A stretch of 64,000 nucleotides of DNA from Alphaproteobacteria bacterium (GCA_965242505.1 OZ251449.1:1708199-1772198), one strand, 5' to 3'. Counted from the first letter of the stretch, positions 43,124 through 58,299 are shown. Numbers and translations: made by a program. The notes: generated by a model not told the origin, from the letters alone.

Positions 43124-46027
43124 ATGATCGAAGTGCCACGCACCAGCGAAGTCACGTTCAACGGCCACTTCGCCGAAGTTCTGCGCGGCAAGCACCCCTT
43201 GTGGAGGGAACATCTAGGCGTCGAACAGACGGGCGTCTTTCCCGACGACCCCCGCTTGCAACCCGATATTCTCGTCCGGGCGCCGAACGCGCAGCCCGTC
43301 GTCGTCGAAACCGAATATGCGCCAGCGGCCACCGTCGAGAGCGACGCCAGGGCCCGGCTCGGCAAACAGCCGCTGGCATCCGCCGAGCCGATCGAACAGG
43401 CCATCGCCGTCCGCATCCCGGCTTCCCTTCGGCGCGGTCAGGCCGACCTCGCCGGACGCATCGCCGCCGCCGACTTCGATTACTGCGTGTTCTCGGGCGA
43501 TCCGTTGGCGCCCCGACGCTGGCCCGAGACGGGGTGGCTCACGGGCGGCATCGACCACATCGCCCGGTGCATCGAGCACGCGATGGTGTCGCAACGCCTC
43601 GTCGACAGAGGCATGTCGATACTCGAAAACGGCGTGCGCATCGCCACCAGGGCCATCCAGGACGCAGTCACGCTCGGCTTCCCGGACGTCGAGCGCAATT
43701 TCGGACGCATCCTCAACCAGCGCGGCGGCGAACAGACGAACCGCATGGCGATGACCATCATCGCCAATGCGCTGACGTTCCACACGATGATCACCGGCGC
43801 GCACGCCGTCCCGCCGGTCGCGCAACTCCGCGACGCTTCGCGAACGTCCTTCCAGATGGAGCTTCTGTTCGCATGGCGAGACATTCTCGACGAGATCAAC
43901 TACTGGCCGATCTTCAAGGTCGCGTCCGACCTCCTCGCCACGGTCCGTTCCGACACGGCGCGGCGCATTCTCGCCGTCCTCGCCGACGCCGCGGAACAAC
44001 TCTCCCATATCGGCGCGACGACGCGCCACGACCTGGCGGGCAGGATGTTCCAGAACCTGATCGTCGACCGGAAATTCCTGGCGACCTTCTACACCCTGCC
44101 GACCAGCGCCACCCTGCTCGCGGAACTCGCCACGGCCCGCCTGGACGCCGACTGGAACGATCTCGCCGCCTATCCGAACCTCACCATCGCCGACCTTTCC
44201 TGCGGCACGGGCACGCTCCTCTCCGCCGCCTACCACGCCGTTCTCGGCAGATACCGCCACGCCGGCGGAGACGACAGCGAGATCCACCGCCGGATGATCG
44301 AGCGTTCCATCGTCGCGGCCGACATCATGCCCGCCGCCGCGCACCTCTGCGCCTCGCAGTTGTCGAGCGTCCATCCGTCCGAGATCTTCGACAACACCCG
44401 CGTCTACACGATGCCCTATGGGGTCGGCGCCGGCGAGGAACGCGACCGCGGCGTCGCCGTCGGCTCCCTCGATCTGATCGTCGCGGCGCAGACGCGCTCC
44501 CTGTTCGCCACCGGACAGCGGCAGGCGAGCGGTAGCCAAGGCGACATGGACGTACAGGACGTCGAGCTGCCCCACGAGTCGGTCGATCTGGTGATCATGA
44601 ACCCGCCCTTCACCCGTCCGACCAATCACGAAACCGCCGAGGTTCCCGTCCCGTCCTTCGCCGGCTTCCGCACCACCGAGGACGAGCAACGGGCGATGTC
44701 CGACCGCCTCGCGAACATTCGCCGGGAACTGGAAAGTCCGGCCGGCCACGGCAACGCCGGACTCGCGTCGAACTTCATCGATCTGGCGCACGCCAAGGCG
44801 AAGCCGGACGGCGTGGTGGCGCTGGTCCTGCCGATTACCGCCATCCAAGGCATTTCCTGGCAGGCGGCCCGGAACCTGCTCGCCGCTCGATACAGGGACA
44901 TCACGGTCGTGACCATCGCCGCCTCCGGGAGTTTCGATCGCGCGTTTTCGGCCGACACCGGCATGGCGGAAGCGCTCGTCGTGGCGACGAGACGGCGCGA
45001 CCGGAATGGCCCGGCGGGGCCGGTGCTGTTCGTGAACCTTCATCGCCGCCCGGCCACGATGCTCGAAGCCGCGGAGGTCGCCAAACTCGTCACACACCTG
45101 CCGAAGTCATCCGCGACGGGCCGTCTCCGCGCCGGCGACCAGCCGCTCGGGAGCTATATCCGCGCGCCGTTGAGCGAGGGCGGGTGCGCGGCCCTGCGCG
45201 AGTCGGCGCTCGCCGACACGATGATGGCGTTGCGGCGCGGCGAACTGCGAATGCCGCGGTATGCGGAACGCCACCCTATTCCGATCGCGCCTCTCGGACG
45301 GTTGGGGGAACGCGGTCTGCTGGATCGCGACGTCGGCAACAGGAACGACACGAAACCGCCGTTCCGTGCGCCGTTCAAGGTTGTTCCGGCTCAGGGCGCG
45401 TCCAGCTATCCGATCCTCTGGGGACACGACGCCGAACGCGAGCGGCGCATGGTCGTGGAGCCGGACAGCGAAGGCGAGACGCGCCCCGACAGCGAAGACC
45501 GCGCGATGGTCGCCTGGCGAACCGCCACGCGACTCCATTTGACGCTCGATTTTCAACTCAACTCGCAGAGCCTCGCGGCCTGCCTGACGCGGGAGCGCAC
45601 GCTCGGCGGACGGGCATGGCCGAATTTCCAGCTTCGAGACGAGCGTTGGGACGAGGCCGTGACGCTCTGGGCCAACAGCACGCCGGGATTGATGTCCTTC
45701 TGGTGGGCGGGTTCACGCCAGCAACAGGGCCGGGCGGTGCTGACGATCACGGGATTGCCGACGCTCATGGTCCTCGATCCGAGGACTCTGCCCGAAGCCA
45801 AACTCGATCAGGCGGCGACGATTTTCGAACGGTTCCGGAGCGCCGCCCTGCTGCCGGCGAACGAGGCCTATCGCGACGATGTCCGCCAGGCGCTGGACCG
45901 CGCCGTCCTCGTCGAGCTTCTCGGGTTACCGGAAGACGTGCTCGAGGCGTTCGCGAACCTCCGCCTCCAGTGGTGCGACGAACCTTCCGTGCATGGGGGG
46001 AAAAGCACCGCGCCCGCGGTGAATTGA
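43124..46027 (+). CDS. Single-chain Type IIG/IIL-like restriction-modification enzyme, copy 2 (967 aa)
   Basis: Same motifs as copy 1; differs only after about residue 570. Confidence 0.82.
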   Translation: MIEVPRTSEVTFNGHFAEVLRGKHPLWREHLGVEQTGVFPDDPRLQPDILVRAPNAQPVVVETEYAPAATVESDARARLGKQPLASAEPIEQAIAVRIPASLRRGQADLAGRIAAADFDYCVFSGDPLAPRRWPETGWLTGGIDHIARCIEHAMVSQRLVDRGMSILENGVRIATRAIQDAVTLGFPDVERNFGRILNQRGGEQTNRMAMTIIANALTFHTMITGAHAVPPVAQLRDASRTSFQMELLFAWRDILDEINYWPIFKVASDLLATVRSDTARRILAVLADAAEQLSHIGATTRHDLAGRMFQNLIVDRKFLATFYTLPTSATLLAELATARLDADWNDLAAYPNLTIADLSCGTGTLLSAAYHAVLGRYRHAGGDDSEIHRRMIERSIVAADIMPAAAHLCASQLSSVHPSEIFDNTRVYTMPYGVGAGEERDRGVAVGSLDLIVAAQTRSLFATGQRQASGSQGDMDVQDVELPHESVDLVIMNPPFTRPTNHETAEVPVPSFAGFRTTEDEQRAMSDRLANIRRELESPAGHGNAGLASNFIDLAHAKAKPDGVVALVLPITAIQGISWQAARNLLAARYRDITVVTIAASGSFDRAFSADTGMAEALVVATRRRDRNGPAGPVLFVNLHRRPATMLEAAEVAKLVTHLPKSSATGRLRAGDQPLGSYIRAPLSEGGCAALRESALADTMMALRRGELRMPRYAERHPIPIAPLGRLGERGLLDRDVGNRNDTKPPFRAPFKVVPAQGASSYPILWGHDAERERRMVVEPDSEGETRPDSEDRAMVAWRTATRLHLTLDFQLNSQSLAACLTRERTLGGRAWPNFQLRDERWDEAVTLWANSTPGLMSFWWAGSRQQQGRAVLTITGLPTLMVLDPRTLPEAKLDQAATIFERFRSAALLPANEAYRDDVRQALDRAVLVELLGLPEDVLEAFANLRLQWCDEPSVHGGKSTAPAVN

Positions 46028-46105
46028 AGGTCCCCCGCGGCTTCGGGACGACCCCGCGCGGGCGCCGCGCCTGAAGCGCGTGGACTCCCCCGGAAAAGTC
46101 GCCCC

Positions 46106-47047
46106 ATGACCGGGGCGACGTCTTCTTCCGCCGCCGCGGCGCGACACTCCGCCCCGACGCGCCTGTCCGCGCGGGCGCTGGTCCTGCTGGCCTTCATCGT
46201 ACTGTTGTGGGGCGCGTCATACCCGACGATGAAGGCGGCGGCGCTCGAGATCCCGGTCCTCACCTTTCGGGGCTGGGCGGCGGTCGCGCCGGGGCTGGTC
46301 CTGTTGGCGTTCGCCCGCGCCAGCGGTCACCCGCTCCGCGTGCCGCGCGCGCACCGCCTGGGCGTGGTCCTGACGGGCTTCTTCACGGTCACGCTGACCC
46401 ATGCGCTGACGAACTTCAGCACGCTGCACATCGCGGCGGGCCAGACGTCGATCATGATCTACACCATGCCGCTCTGGGCCTTCATCATCGGCATCCCCGC
46501 GCTGGGAGAACGGCCCACCCGCGGCCACTGGGCCGGCCTCGCGTTGGGGACCGGCGGCATGGCCCTGCTGTGGTTGCAGACGGCGGGGGGCGGGATCTCC
46601 CCGGGCGTTCTCATCGGATTGGCGGCCGCCGTCTCGTGGGCTTGCGGAACCATCGCCGCCAAAAGCGTCTCGGGCCACGTCCCGCCGCTCGTCCTGACGG
46701 GGTGGATGTTCGTGACCGGCGGGATACCGCTGTGCCTGATGGGTCTCGCCGAGATCGGCCGGATCGGACCCGTGTCCCCGGTCGCGTTGCTCTCCGCCCT
46801 CTTCGTCGCGTTCGGATGCAACCTCGTCGGGTTTCTGGGATTCTTCGTGCTCATCAGGCAAGTCCCCGCCATCGTGGCGTCGCTGTCGGTGGTCGCCGTG
46901 CCCGGAGTCGCGTTCGCCGGCGGCCTGATCATGCTCGGCGAGGCGATGACGGCGCTGGACGCCCTGGCGTTCGCGCTGCTCGCCGGCGCCTTGGTCACGG
47001 TCCTGCCGAGACCGGCGATGAAACGCCGCGCCCGATCAGGGCCGTAA
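46106..47047 (+). CDS. EamA/DMT-family transporter
   Basis: About 10 hydrophobic segments; LLWGASYP, YTMPLW, LGERP, LGEAMT motifs. Confidence 0.9.
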   Translation: MTGATSSSAAAARHSAPTRLSARALVLLAFIVLLWGASYPTMKAAALEIPVLTFRGWAAVAPGLVLLAFARASGHPLRVPRAHRLGVVLTGFFTVTLTHALTNFSTLHIAAGQTSIMIYTMPLWAFIIGIPALGERPTRGHWAGLALGTGGMALLWLQTAGGGISPGVLIGLAAAVSWACGTIAAKSVSGHVPPLVLTGWMFVTGGIPLCLMGLAEIGRIGPVSPVALLSALFVAFGCNLVGFLGFFVLIRQVPAIVASLSVVAVPGVAFAGGLIMLGEAMTALDALAFALLAGALVTVLPRPAMKRRARSGP

Positions 47048-47097
47048 TCCCCGAATCGGGGAAACCGCGACGCGCCGGGGCGCGCCGGGGCGCGCCG

Positions 47098-48357
47098 TCA
47101 ATTCACGACCTCGGGCTCCGGACCGCCTTCCCCCGGCTCGGACCGGGGGTCGAGCTCCGCGATCACCGGCGTCGTCGCGGGCATCGGCGAGAACGGGGTC
47201 TGGTCCTCCACGGGAAGCGGCTCGCGCCGCGTCATGCGATAGACGACGAACGACGCCAGAACCGCCGTCAGGGCCCCGGTGAAGACGAAGAGGCCGAAGG
47301 GTCCCGTCAGGCTCATGATCGCGGATGCCACGACCGGGCCGGCGACCGCGCCGACGCCGAACGCGAACAGGAGGCCGGCGCTGATGGACAGAAGTTCCGA
47401 CGCATCTGCGAAGTCGTTGGCGTGGGTCAACCCCTGCCCGTAGAGGGTGAAGGCCAGTCCGCCGAAGAGAGAGACCAGGGACAACAGCACGAGGAACGCG
47501 GGGTCGCCGGCGGCGACGATGGCGACGCTGGCCGCGGCGACGCCCGCGAGGACCCACATCACGACCTTGCGGCGGTCGAAGCGGTCCGAGAGCCATCCGA
47601 CGGGCCATTGCAGGACGAGACCGGCGAAGATGGCGGTCGCCATGAAGGTGGACACCTGACCCGTATCGAAGCCGCTCCGTTGAGCGAACAGTGGACCCAT
47701 GTTGAAGAACGCGCCGTTGATCGCCCCGGCCGAGAAACACAGCGCGACGCCAAGGGGCGAGATCCGGGCCAGCGCGAAGATGCCGAGCCGCCCGCCCGGT
47801 TCGGGGACGGGGGCCTCCATTCGCGTCAGCGCCACGGGGACGAGGCCGCCCGCGAACAGCATGGCGACGACGCTGAACGGAACGAACGTCTCGGGACTCC
47901 CGAGGTTCAGCATCAGTTGGCCCGAGCCCAGGGCAAGAAACGAAATCACCATGTAGAAGGACAGGACTCGCCCGCGAATGTAGTTGGGGACCTTGGCGTT
48001 GATCCACGACTCGGCGATCGTATAAAGGCTCGCCGTGCAGTATCCGGTGAGAACCCGCAGGACGCCCCAGACGATCTGCGAAACGAAGATCGGGTGCAGG
48101 AGCGCCAGGCACGCGGCGAGCGCCGCGAGCGCCGCGAACGAACGGATGTGGCCGACGCGGTCCACGAACCAGTGGCTCGTTCGCGCTCCGAGGATGAAGC
48201 CGACGGAATTACAGGCAAGCACGATGCCGATCGACAGGGTCGGCATACCCTCGATCCCCATGCGGACGGCCAGCAACGTCGTGAGCAGGCTGTTTCCGGC
48301 GATGAGCAGGCCCACGCCGAGGAACAGAGCCCCGAGGATCGGCATCAACTGGACCAT
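47098..48357 (-). CDS. MFS transporter (YcaD-like)
   Basis: DRVGHIRSFA, ESWIN, RGRVLSFY, QWPVGWLSDRFDRR. Confidence 0.92.
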   Translation of the reverse strand: MVQLMPILGALFLGVGLLIAGNSLLTTLLAVRMGIEGMPTLSIGIVLACNSVGFILGARTSHWFVDRVGHIRSFAALAALAACLALLHPIFVSQIVWGVLRVLTGYCTASLYTIAESWINAKVPNYIRGRVLSFYMVISFLALGSGQLMLNLGSPETFVPFSVVAMLFAGGLVPVALTRMEAPVPEPGGRLGIFALARISPLGVALCFSAGAINGAFFNMGPLFAQRSGFDTGQVSTFMATAIFAGLVLQWPVGWLSDRFDRRKVVMWVLAGVAAASVAIVAAGDPAFLVLLSLVSLFGGLAFTLYGQGLTHANDFADASELLSISAGLLFAFGVGAVAGPVVASAIMSLTGPFGLFVFTGALTAVLASFVVYRMTRREPLPVEDQTPFSPMPATTPVIAELDPRSEPGEGGPEPEVVN

Positions 48358-48512
48358 CGCCGGCTCCAATATCGGTCCGCGTGGGCGCGCCGCCGTTTCG
48401 TGTCGCGGATGACAGTCGCCGCGTCAAATGGGGATTCCAGATCCGGAACGCAAGACCGCTCGCGAATTTCCGGGCGGGATCGGAAGAGTCGTCCGGAAGC
48501 GGACGGCGGCGC

Positions 48513-53034
<4,522 letters not shown>

Positions 53035-53184
53035 GCCGGGAAGCAGTGGCGGAACGCACTGCGCGCAGCCATGCGAAATCCGAGGACACCATAAATAGCG
53101 TCATGGACGTGACGCCGGCCGAAACCACGAACGATGTGGAGCGAGCCGAGCCTTGGCGTCGGCGATAACGACAGAGCGCGGTCG

Positions 53185-54330
53185 ATGAGCGAATTTTACG
53201 AATTCTTCGCGGGAGGAGGAATGGTCCGCGCGGGTCTCGGACCTCGGTGGTCATGTCTGTTCGCCAACGACATGGATCCGAAAAAGGCCGCCAGCTACGC
53301 CTGGAACTGGGGCGATTCGGAGTTGCGCGTGGCGGACGTAGCCGAATTGACCACGAAAGATCTCCCTGGGATCGCCGACCTGGCATGGGCTTCTTTTCCC
53401 TGTCAGGATCTCTCGCTCGCCGGCTCCGGCGCAGGGCTTCGGGGGGAACGCTCGGGCGCGTTCTGGCCCTTCTGGAGTCTGATGCGGGCGTTGGTGGACG
53501 AGGGCCGAGCGCCTCCATTGATCGTCCTGGAGAACGTTTGCGGCGCCCTGACATCGCACGGGGGCGATGACTTCGCGGCAATCGGCGCGACGATCGCCGA
53601 AGCGAGGTATCGTTTCGGCGCTCTCGTGATCGACGCGGTTCACTTCGTTCCGCAGTCACGGCCCAGGCTATTCGTCATCGCTGTCGGAGAAGACCATCCG
53701 ATCCCGGAGGGACTCACGTCTCCGGAACCAGACGAAAGATGGAGTACGGACGCAGTGATGGAGGCGCATGGCCGGTTCTCCGAACAGGGATGGGGAAACT
53801 GGTTGTGGTGGCGTCTTCCGCCGCCGTCCAGGCGCAATACGGCCTTCGGGGACCTGATCGAAGAGAGGCCAAAGGGGGTGGAATGGCATACCGACGCAGA
53901 AACCGGGAAGCTGCTCCGCATGATGAGTCCGGTGAACCTGGCGAAGGTCACGGCGGCGACAAAGGCCGAACGGCGATCGGTCGGCGCCGTCTACAAGCGC
54001 ACACGCTCCGATAAGAACGGGGTCAAGGCGCAGAGAGCCGAAGTCCGGTTCGACGACATCGCCGGTTGTCTTCGCACGCCGGTCGGCGGCTCGAGCCGTC
54101 AAACGATCATGATCGTCGAGGGAGGCGAGATCCGCTCACGGCTGCTCTCTCCGCGGGAAGCGGCGCGTCTGATGGGACTGCCCGAGGATTACGAACTGCC
54201 CGAGAAGTACAACGAGGCTTACCATTTGGCGGGAGACGGCGTCGTGGTTCCGGTAATCCGACACATCGCGGAGAACATCCTGGAGCCGGCCCTGGCCGCC
54301 TCCGAAGCGGCAGGAAAGAAGGCGGCCTGA
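53185..54330 (+). CDS. DNA (cytosine-5)-methyltransferase
   Basis: Motifs I FFAGGG, IV FPCQDLS, VI LENV, VIII QSRPR, IX REAARLMG, X GDGV. Confidence 0.93.
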   Translation: MSEFYEFFAGGGMVRAGLGPRWSCLFANDMDPKKAASYAWNWGDSELRVADVAELTTKDLPGIADLAWASFPCQDLSLAGSGAGLRGERSGAFWPFWSLMRALVDEGRAPPLIVLENVCGALTSHGGDDFAAIGATIAEARYRFGALVIDAVHFVPQSRPRLFVIAVGEDHPIPEGLTSPEPDERWSTDAVMEAHGRFSEQGWGNWLWWRLPPPSRRNTAFGDLIEERPKGVEWHTDAETGKLLRMMSPVNLAKVTAATKAERRSVGAVYKRTRSDKNGVKAQRAEVRFDDIAGCLRTPVGGSSRQTIMIVEGGEIRSRLLSPREAARLMGLPEDYELPEKYNEAYHLAGDGVVVPVIRHIAENILEPALAASEAAGKKAA

Positions 54331-54335
54331 ACCGT

Positions 54336-54551
54336 ATGCCGGCCGGTCTCGAGGTCGCGGTCGCCGAGGGACTGGCCGACGGAATCGATATTTTCGAGAT
54401 CGAGCAGTTCGTGGCGTTGAACCTGTACGAGATGGGCGAATTCGCGGCGGCGGGGCGTCGTACGGTGGCCGGCGATCCGGTGGCCCGCTGCAACGGAATC
54501 GTGGAGGACGTGGAAACCGATCCGGTCCTGAAAATCGAAATCCGGAAATGA
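54336..54551 (+). pseudogene. 71-aa C-terminal stump of a probable restriction-associated (DUF4928-like) gene
   Basis: IDIFEIEQFVALNLYE...NGIVEDVETDPVLKIE; lies between C5-MTase and vsr and is ATGA-coupled to vsr. The family name is from recall only. Confidence 0.5.
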
Positions 54552-54949
54552 CCCAGCGTCCGGAGGACCGCAGCAGGACGATGCGCGCGGTCAAGAGCCG
54601 CGATACGGGGCTGGAAATGACCGTCCGGCGTCTGACGCATGGCATGGGCTACCGCTACCGTCTTCATCGCAAGGACCTTCCCGGCAAGCCGGACTTGACG
54701 TTTCCGGCGCGCCGCAAGGTGATCTTCGTTCATGGATGCTTCTGGCACCAACACCACTGTCCGCGTGGGGCGCGATCCCCAAAGTCGAACCGGGATTATT
54801 GGGTGCCGAAACTCCAACGCAACAAGCAGCGTGACGCCGAACACCAACGCCGCCTTCGCGAGATGGGTTGGAACGTGCTGGTCATCTGGGAATGCGAGAT
54901 GGGAAATCACGACGCCATCCGGGCGCGAATCGAGAGGTTCCTGGCGTAA
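54548..54949 (+). CDS. vsr: Very short patch repair endonuclease
   Basis: RSRTMRAVKSRDT, LPGKPD, IFVHGCFWH, RNKQRD, VIWECE. Confidence 0.95.
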   Translation: MTQRPEDRSRTMRAVKSRDTGLEMTVRRLTHGMGYRYRLHRKDLPGKPDLTFPARRKVIFVHGCFWHQHHCPRGARSPKSNRDYWVPKLQRNKQRDAEHQRRLREMGWNVLVIWECEMGNHDAIRARIERFLA

Positions 54950-54954
54950 GTGAA

Positions 54955-55075
54955 GCGGGAGCCCCGGTCATGGAACGGTCTCCCGATCGACGTGACCTCG
55001 TGACCGTCCCGCCGAAGGTGGAGAGCGCATGAGACGCCGGCGATTCCGGCGCTGATGACGACGATGCCGCGCGGC
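54955..55075 (-). pseudogene. N-terminal remnant of an FAD-dependent oxidoreductase (DadA-like)
   Basis: IVVISAGIAGVSCALHLRRDGHEVTSI is a degenerate Rossmann GxGxxG beta-alpha-beta unit; the frame ends inside vsr. Confidence 0.55.
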
Positions 55076-55217
55076 GTCGGGCGGCCGCCGCGCCCGAAAA
55101 TTCGCGCGCGTTCCGACATGGGCGAAGTTGTTGCTGTTTTCTTCGGGGCTTCCCATCACAATACGTCATGCGCCGAGCCGCGGGCGCGGTGTCCGAGCGG
55201 AGAGAAACGGATAGACC

Positions 55218-55592
55218 ATGTGGGGCCAGCATCTCATTCTCGACATGTTCGACTGCGATCGCGAAGCCATCCGCGACCCCGACGCGATCCGGGCGTTCGC
55301 CGCCGAGCTCGTCGACGCCATCGGGATGAAGGCTTATGGAGAACCCGTCCTTGAACACTTCGCGGCCCACGACCCCGCCGCCGGCGGATACACGCTGGTC
55401 CAGCTCATGGAAACGTCGAACGTCACCGCGCACTTCGCCGAGCGATCCGGCGACGTCTATCTCGACGTGTTCTCCTGCAAGACGTTCTCGGAAGAGAGCG
55501 CGGTCTCCGTATGCCGGAAGCGCTTCGCGCCGCGCGACATCGCGCGAACGTCGCTCAAGCGTGGCGCGCGTCGGCCCGCAGAACCTCGATGA
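55218..55592 (+). CDS. speD: S-adenosylmethionine decarboxylase-family proenzyme (pyruvoyl)
   Basis: [33 protein letters not shown]. Confidence 0.8.
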   Translation: MWGQHLILDMFDCDREAIRDPDAIRAFAAELVDAIGMKAYGEPVLEHFAAHDPAAGGYTLVQLMETSNVTAHFAERSGDVYLDVFSCKTFSEESAVSVCRKRFAPRDIARTSLKRGARRPAEPR

Positions 55593-57363
55593 AGGCCTCC
55601 TGAGGGATCTCGACCCGCCCGAACCGGCGCATGCGTTTCTTGCCGGCCTTCTGTTTTTCCAGAAGCTTGCGCTTCCGGGTGACGTCGCCGCCGTAGCACT
55701 TCGACAGAACGTCCTTGCGGAGGGCCGGGATCGTCTCCCGGGCGATCACCTTCCCCCCGATCGCCGCCTGGATGGGAACCTTGAAGAGCTGGCGCGGGAT
55801 GAGTTCCCTGAGCTTTTCGCACATCGTCCGGCCACGGGATTCGGCATTGGACCTGTGCACGACGATGGAGAGCGCGTCGACGGGTTCTCCGTTGACGAGA
55901 ATGGACATCTTGACCAGGTCCCCTTCGAGATAACCGGCGATCCGGTAATCGAAGCTCGCGTATCCGCGGCTGACGGACTTGAGCCGGTCATGGAAGTCGA
56001 ACACGACCTCGTTCAGGGGCAACCGATAGGCGACGACAGCGCGCCTGCCCGAATAGGTCAGGTCCGTCTGCTCGCCCCGCCTGTCCTCGCAGAGCTTGAG
56101 CACGGCGCCGAGGTATTCGTCCGGCGCCATGATCGTGGCCCCGATCCAGGGCTCTTCGATACGGTCGATGCGAACCGGGTCGGGCAGGTCGGCCGGGTTA
56201 TGGAGAGCGAGCGTTCCGCCATCGGTCAGGTGGATGTCGTAGACCACCGACGGCGCCGTCGTGACGAGTTCCAGGCCGAATTCGCGTTCGAGCCGTTCCT
56301 GGACGATTTCCAGGTGAAGCAGGCCCAGGAATCCGCAACGGAAACCGAAACCCAGGGCGGTCGAGGTTTCGGGCTCGAAGGCGAAACCCGCGTCGTTCAG
56401 GTGAAGCCTCGCGAGGCTCTCCCGAAGGCGTCCGTAATCGGCGGTGTCGGCCGGAAACAAGCCGGAGAACACCACCGGTTTGCTCGGCTCGAATCCGGGC
56501 AGCGGGCGCGGCGCCGGGCGCTTGGCGTCGGTGATCGTATCGCCAATCAGCGCGTCGGCGACCTCCTTGATGCCGGCGGTGATGAAACCGATTTCCCCGG
56601 CTCCCAGCCGGCCGGCATTCGCGCGCTTGGGCGTGAACACCCCGACCTGCTCCACCGTGTGCTCGGTCCTCGCGGCCATCATCCGCACGCGCTGGCCCTT
56701 GACGAGGGAGCCGTCGTTGACCCGCACCAGGATGACGACCCCGAGATACGGATCGTACCAGGAGTCGACGAGCAGAGCCTTGAGGGGGGCGTCCGGGTCT
56801 CCCTCCGGCGGCGGCAGCTTCTCCACGATGGTTTCCAGCAGTTCCACGACGCCGTCTCCGGTCTTGCCGGACACCAGCAGAGCGTCCGAGGAATCCAGGC
56901 CGATGACCTCTTCGATCTGCCGGGCGACGCGCTCCGGCTCGGCCGCCGGCAGATCGGTCTTGTTCAGCGCGATGACGATCTCGTGATCGGCGTCGAGCGC
57001 CTGATAGACGTTGGACAGGGTCTGCGCCTCGACCCCTTGGCTGGAATCGACGAGAAGCACCGATCCCTCGCAGGCCGCAAGGCTTCGGCTGACTTCGTAC
57101 GTGAAGTCGACATGGCCCGGCGTGTCCATGAGATTGAGCTGATACCGTCGGCCGTCCCTGGCGGCATAGGCCAGACGAACCGTCTGCGCCTTGACGGTGA
57201 TGCCGCGTTCGCGCTCGATGTCCATCGAATCGAGCACCTGTTCGCGCATCTCCCGGTCCGCCAGCCCGCCGCAGTGCTGGATCATGCGGTCCGCCAGGGT
57301 AGACTTGCCGTGATCGATGTGCGCGATGATGGCGAAGTTGCGGATATGCGCGGGATCGGTCAT
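55555..57363 (-). CDS. lepA: Elongation factor 4
   Basis: [51 protein letters not shown]. Confidence 0.97.
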   Translation of the reverse strand: MTDPAHIRNFAIIAHIDHGKSTLADRMIQHCGGLADREMREQVLDSMDIERERGITVKAQTVRLAYAARDGRRYQLNLMDTPGHVDFTYEVSRSLAACEGSVLLVDSSQGVEAQTLSNVYQALDADHEIVIALNKTDLPAAEPERVARQIEEVIGLDSSDALLVSGKTGDGVVELLETIVEKLPPPEGDPDAPLKALLVDSWYDPYLGVVILVRVNDGSLVKGQRVRMMAARTEHTVEQVGVFTPKRANAGRLGAGEIGFITAGIKEVADALIGDTITDAKRPAPRPLPGFEPSKPVVFSGLFPADTADYGRLRESLARLHLNDAGFAFEPETSTALGFGFRCGFLGLLHLEIVQERLEREFGLELVTTAPSVVYDIHLTDGGTLALHNPADLPDPVRIDRIEEPWIGATIMAPDEYLGAVLKLCEDRRGEQTDLTYSGRRAVVAYRLPLNEVVFDFHDRLKSVSRGYASFDYRIAGYLEGDLVKMSILVNGEPVDALSIVVHRSNAESRGRTMCEKLRELIPRQLFKVPIQAAIGGKVIARETIPALRKDVLSKCYGGDVTRKRKLLEKQKAGKKRMRRFGRVEIPQEAFIEVLRADARHA

Positions 57364-57448
57364 CGGCGCGCTTGTATCATCGACGTCCCCGAGCGCCAAG
57401 ACGCGGGGCCGATACGGGGACGAAGACGGTGGAACGGGAAGGGATGAA

Positions 57449-57988
57449 ATGACGACCGTCGAATGGCCGCGAGAAGAGATGGAAAAGTACGTGGTCCGCT
57501 ACAGGGATCTGCCCAACCGGATTTCTCCGGTCCGCCTTCTCGACATGGCGTTGCCGCGGTTCGAGCGGAAACGGTATCCCGTGACGGGACGATCGGCGGA
57601 GCAGAACTGGTCGGACAAACGGGTCGGCGAGGTCGAATCGTTCAACGTCAACTTCGTTTCGTGCGAGGCGGGCCGCGGCATCGGGGCGCACGCGCACGAT
57701 ACGGACGAGGCGTTCGTCGTCCTGACCGGACGCTGGAGCTTCAGCTTCGGCGAGACGGGCGACCGGACAATCGAGCTCGAACCGTTCGACATGATCGTGG
57801 CGCCGCCCAACGTCACGCACGGCGTCGCCAACGTCTCGGACTCCGAGGCGTTGCTGATCGCCATCCAGGGCGCCCATGGCGGCGCTGCGATCCGGTGGTC
57901 GCCGCGAGTCGTCGAGGAAGCGCAGGCCTTGGGGCTGGACGTGGGCGCCGTGGAGTTACCGGGATACGCCGGGGGCGAGCGGCCCTAA
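57449..57988 (+). CDS. Cupin-domain protein
   Basis: [16 protein letters not shown] and PPNVTHG cupin motifs. Confidence 0.85.
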   Translation: MTTVEWPREEMEKYVVRYRDLPNRISPVRLLDMALPRFERKRYPVTGRSAEQNWSDKRVGEVESFNVNFVSCEAGRGIGAHAHDTDEAFVVLTGRWSFSFGETGDRTIELEPFDMIVAPPNVTHGVANVSDSEALLIAIQGAHGGAAIRWSPRVVEEAQALGLDVGAVELPGYAGGERP

Positions 57989-58299
57989 AGCCACTCGGTC
58001 GAGGTTCTGCGGTCGCGTTTACGGAAGAGGAAGGCGAGCGCCGGCCCGAGGACGCCGAAGACGATCCAGGCCGGCCAGCCGAGAACCGTCACGATCACGG
58101 GGTCCCAGACCGATGGATGGACGTGCCGCTGAAGCACGGCCTGAGAGAGATTGAGGCTGGCCGCGTCGATCTTGAACCAGAGATGGCCGATGGCCAATCC
58201 CTGGTAGGCGCCGGCCTCGAGCGAGGCGAGCGCCTCCACCCCCGCCGCCATGAACGCGACCGCGGTGACGAGCCAGCCCAGGACGCGTCCGACGATCAT
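57985..58299 (-). CDS. Small conserved membrane protein
   Basis: Two hydrophobic segments with SLNLSQAVLQRHVHPSVWDP; ATGA-coupled to the upstream epimerase. Confidence 0.7.
   Translation of the reverse strand: MIVGRVLGWLVTAVAFMAAGVEALASLEAGAYQGLAIGHLWFKIDAASLNLSQAVLQRHVHPSVWDPVIVTVLGWPAWIVFGVLGPALAFLFRKRDRRTSTEWL

Larger units (their letters stand above)
39470..46675 (+). repeat. Tandem duplication of RM gene plus flanks (3,453-bp period)
   Basis: AACGTAACGTTCAAG at 39470 and 42923; ORFs offset by exactly 3453; eamA fragment 42607-42922 matches 46360-46675. Confidence 0.95.

Noticed and set aside
41320-46027. Diversity-generating retroelement (TR/VR) explanation for the RM copy differences
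   Set aside because: No reverse transcriptase in the window, differences are not adenine-restricted, and both copies are full-length ORFs.
39470-46675. Invertase-driven shufflon
   Set aside because: Copies are in direct orientation; no recombinase gene or inverted crossover sites are seen nearby.
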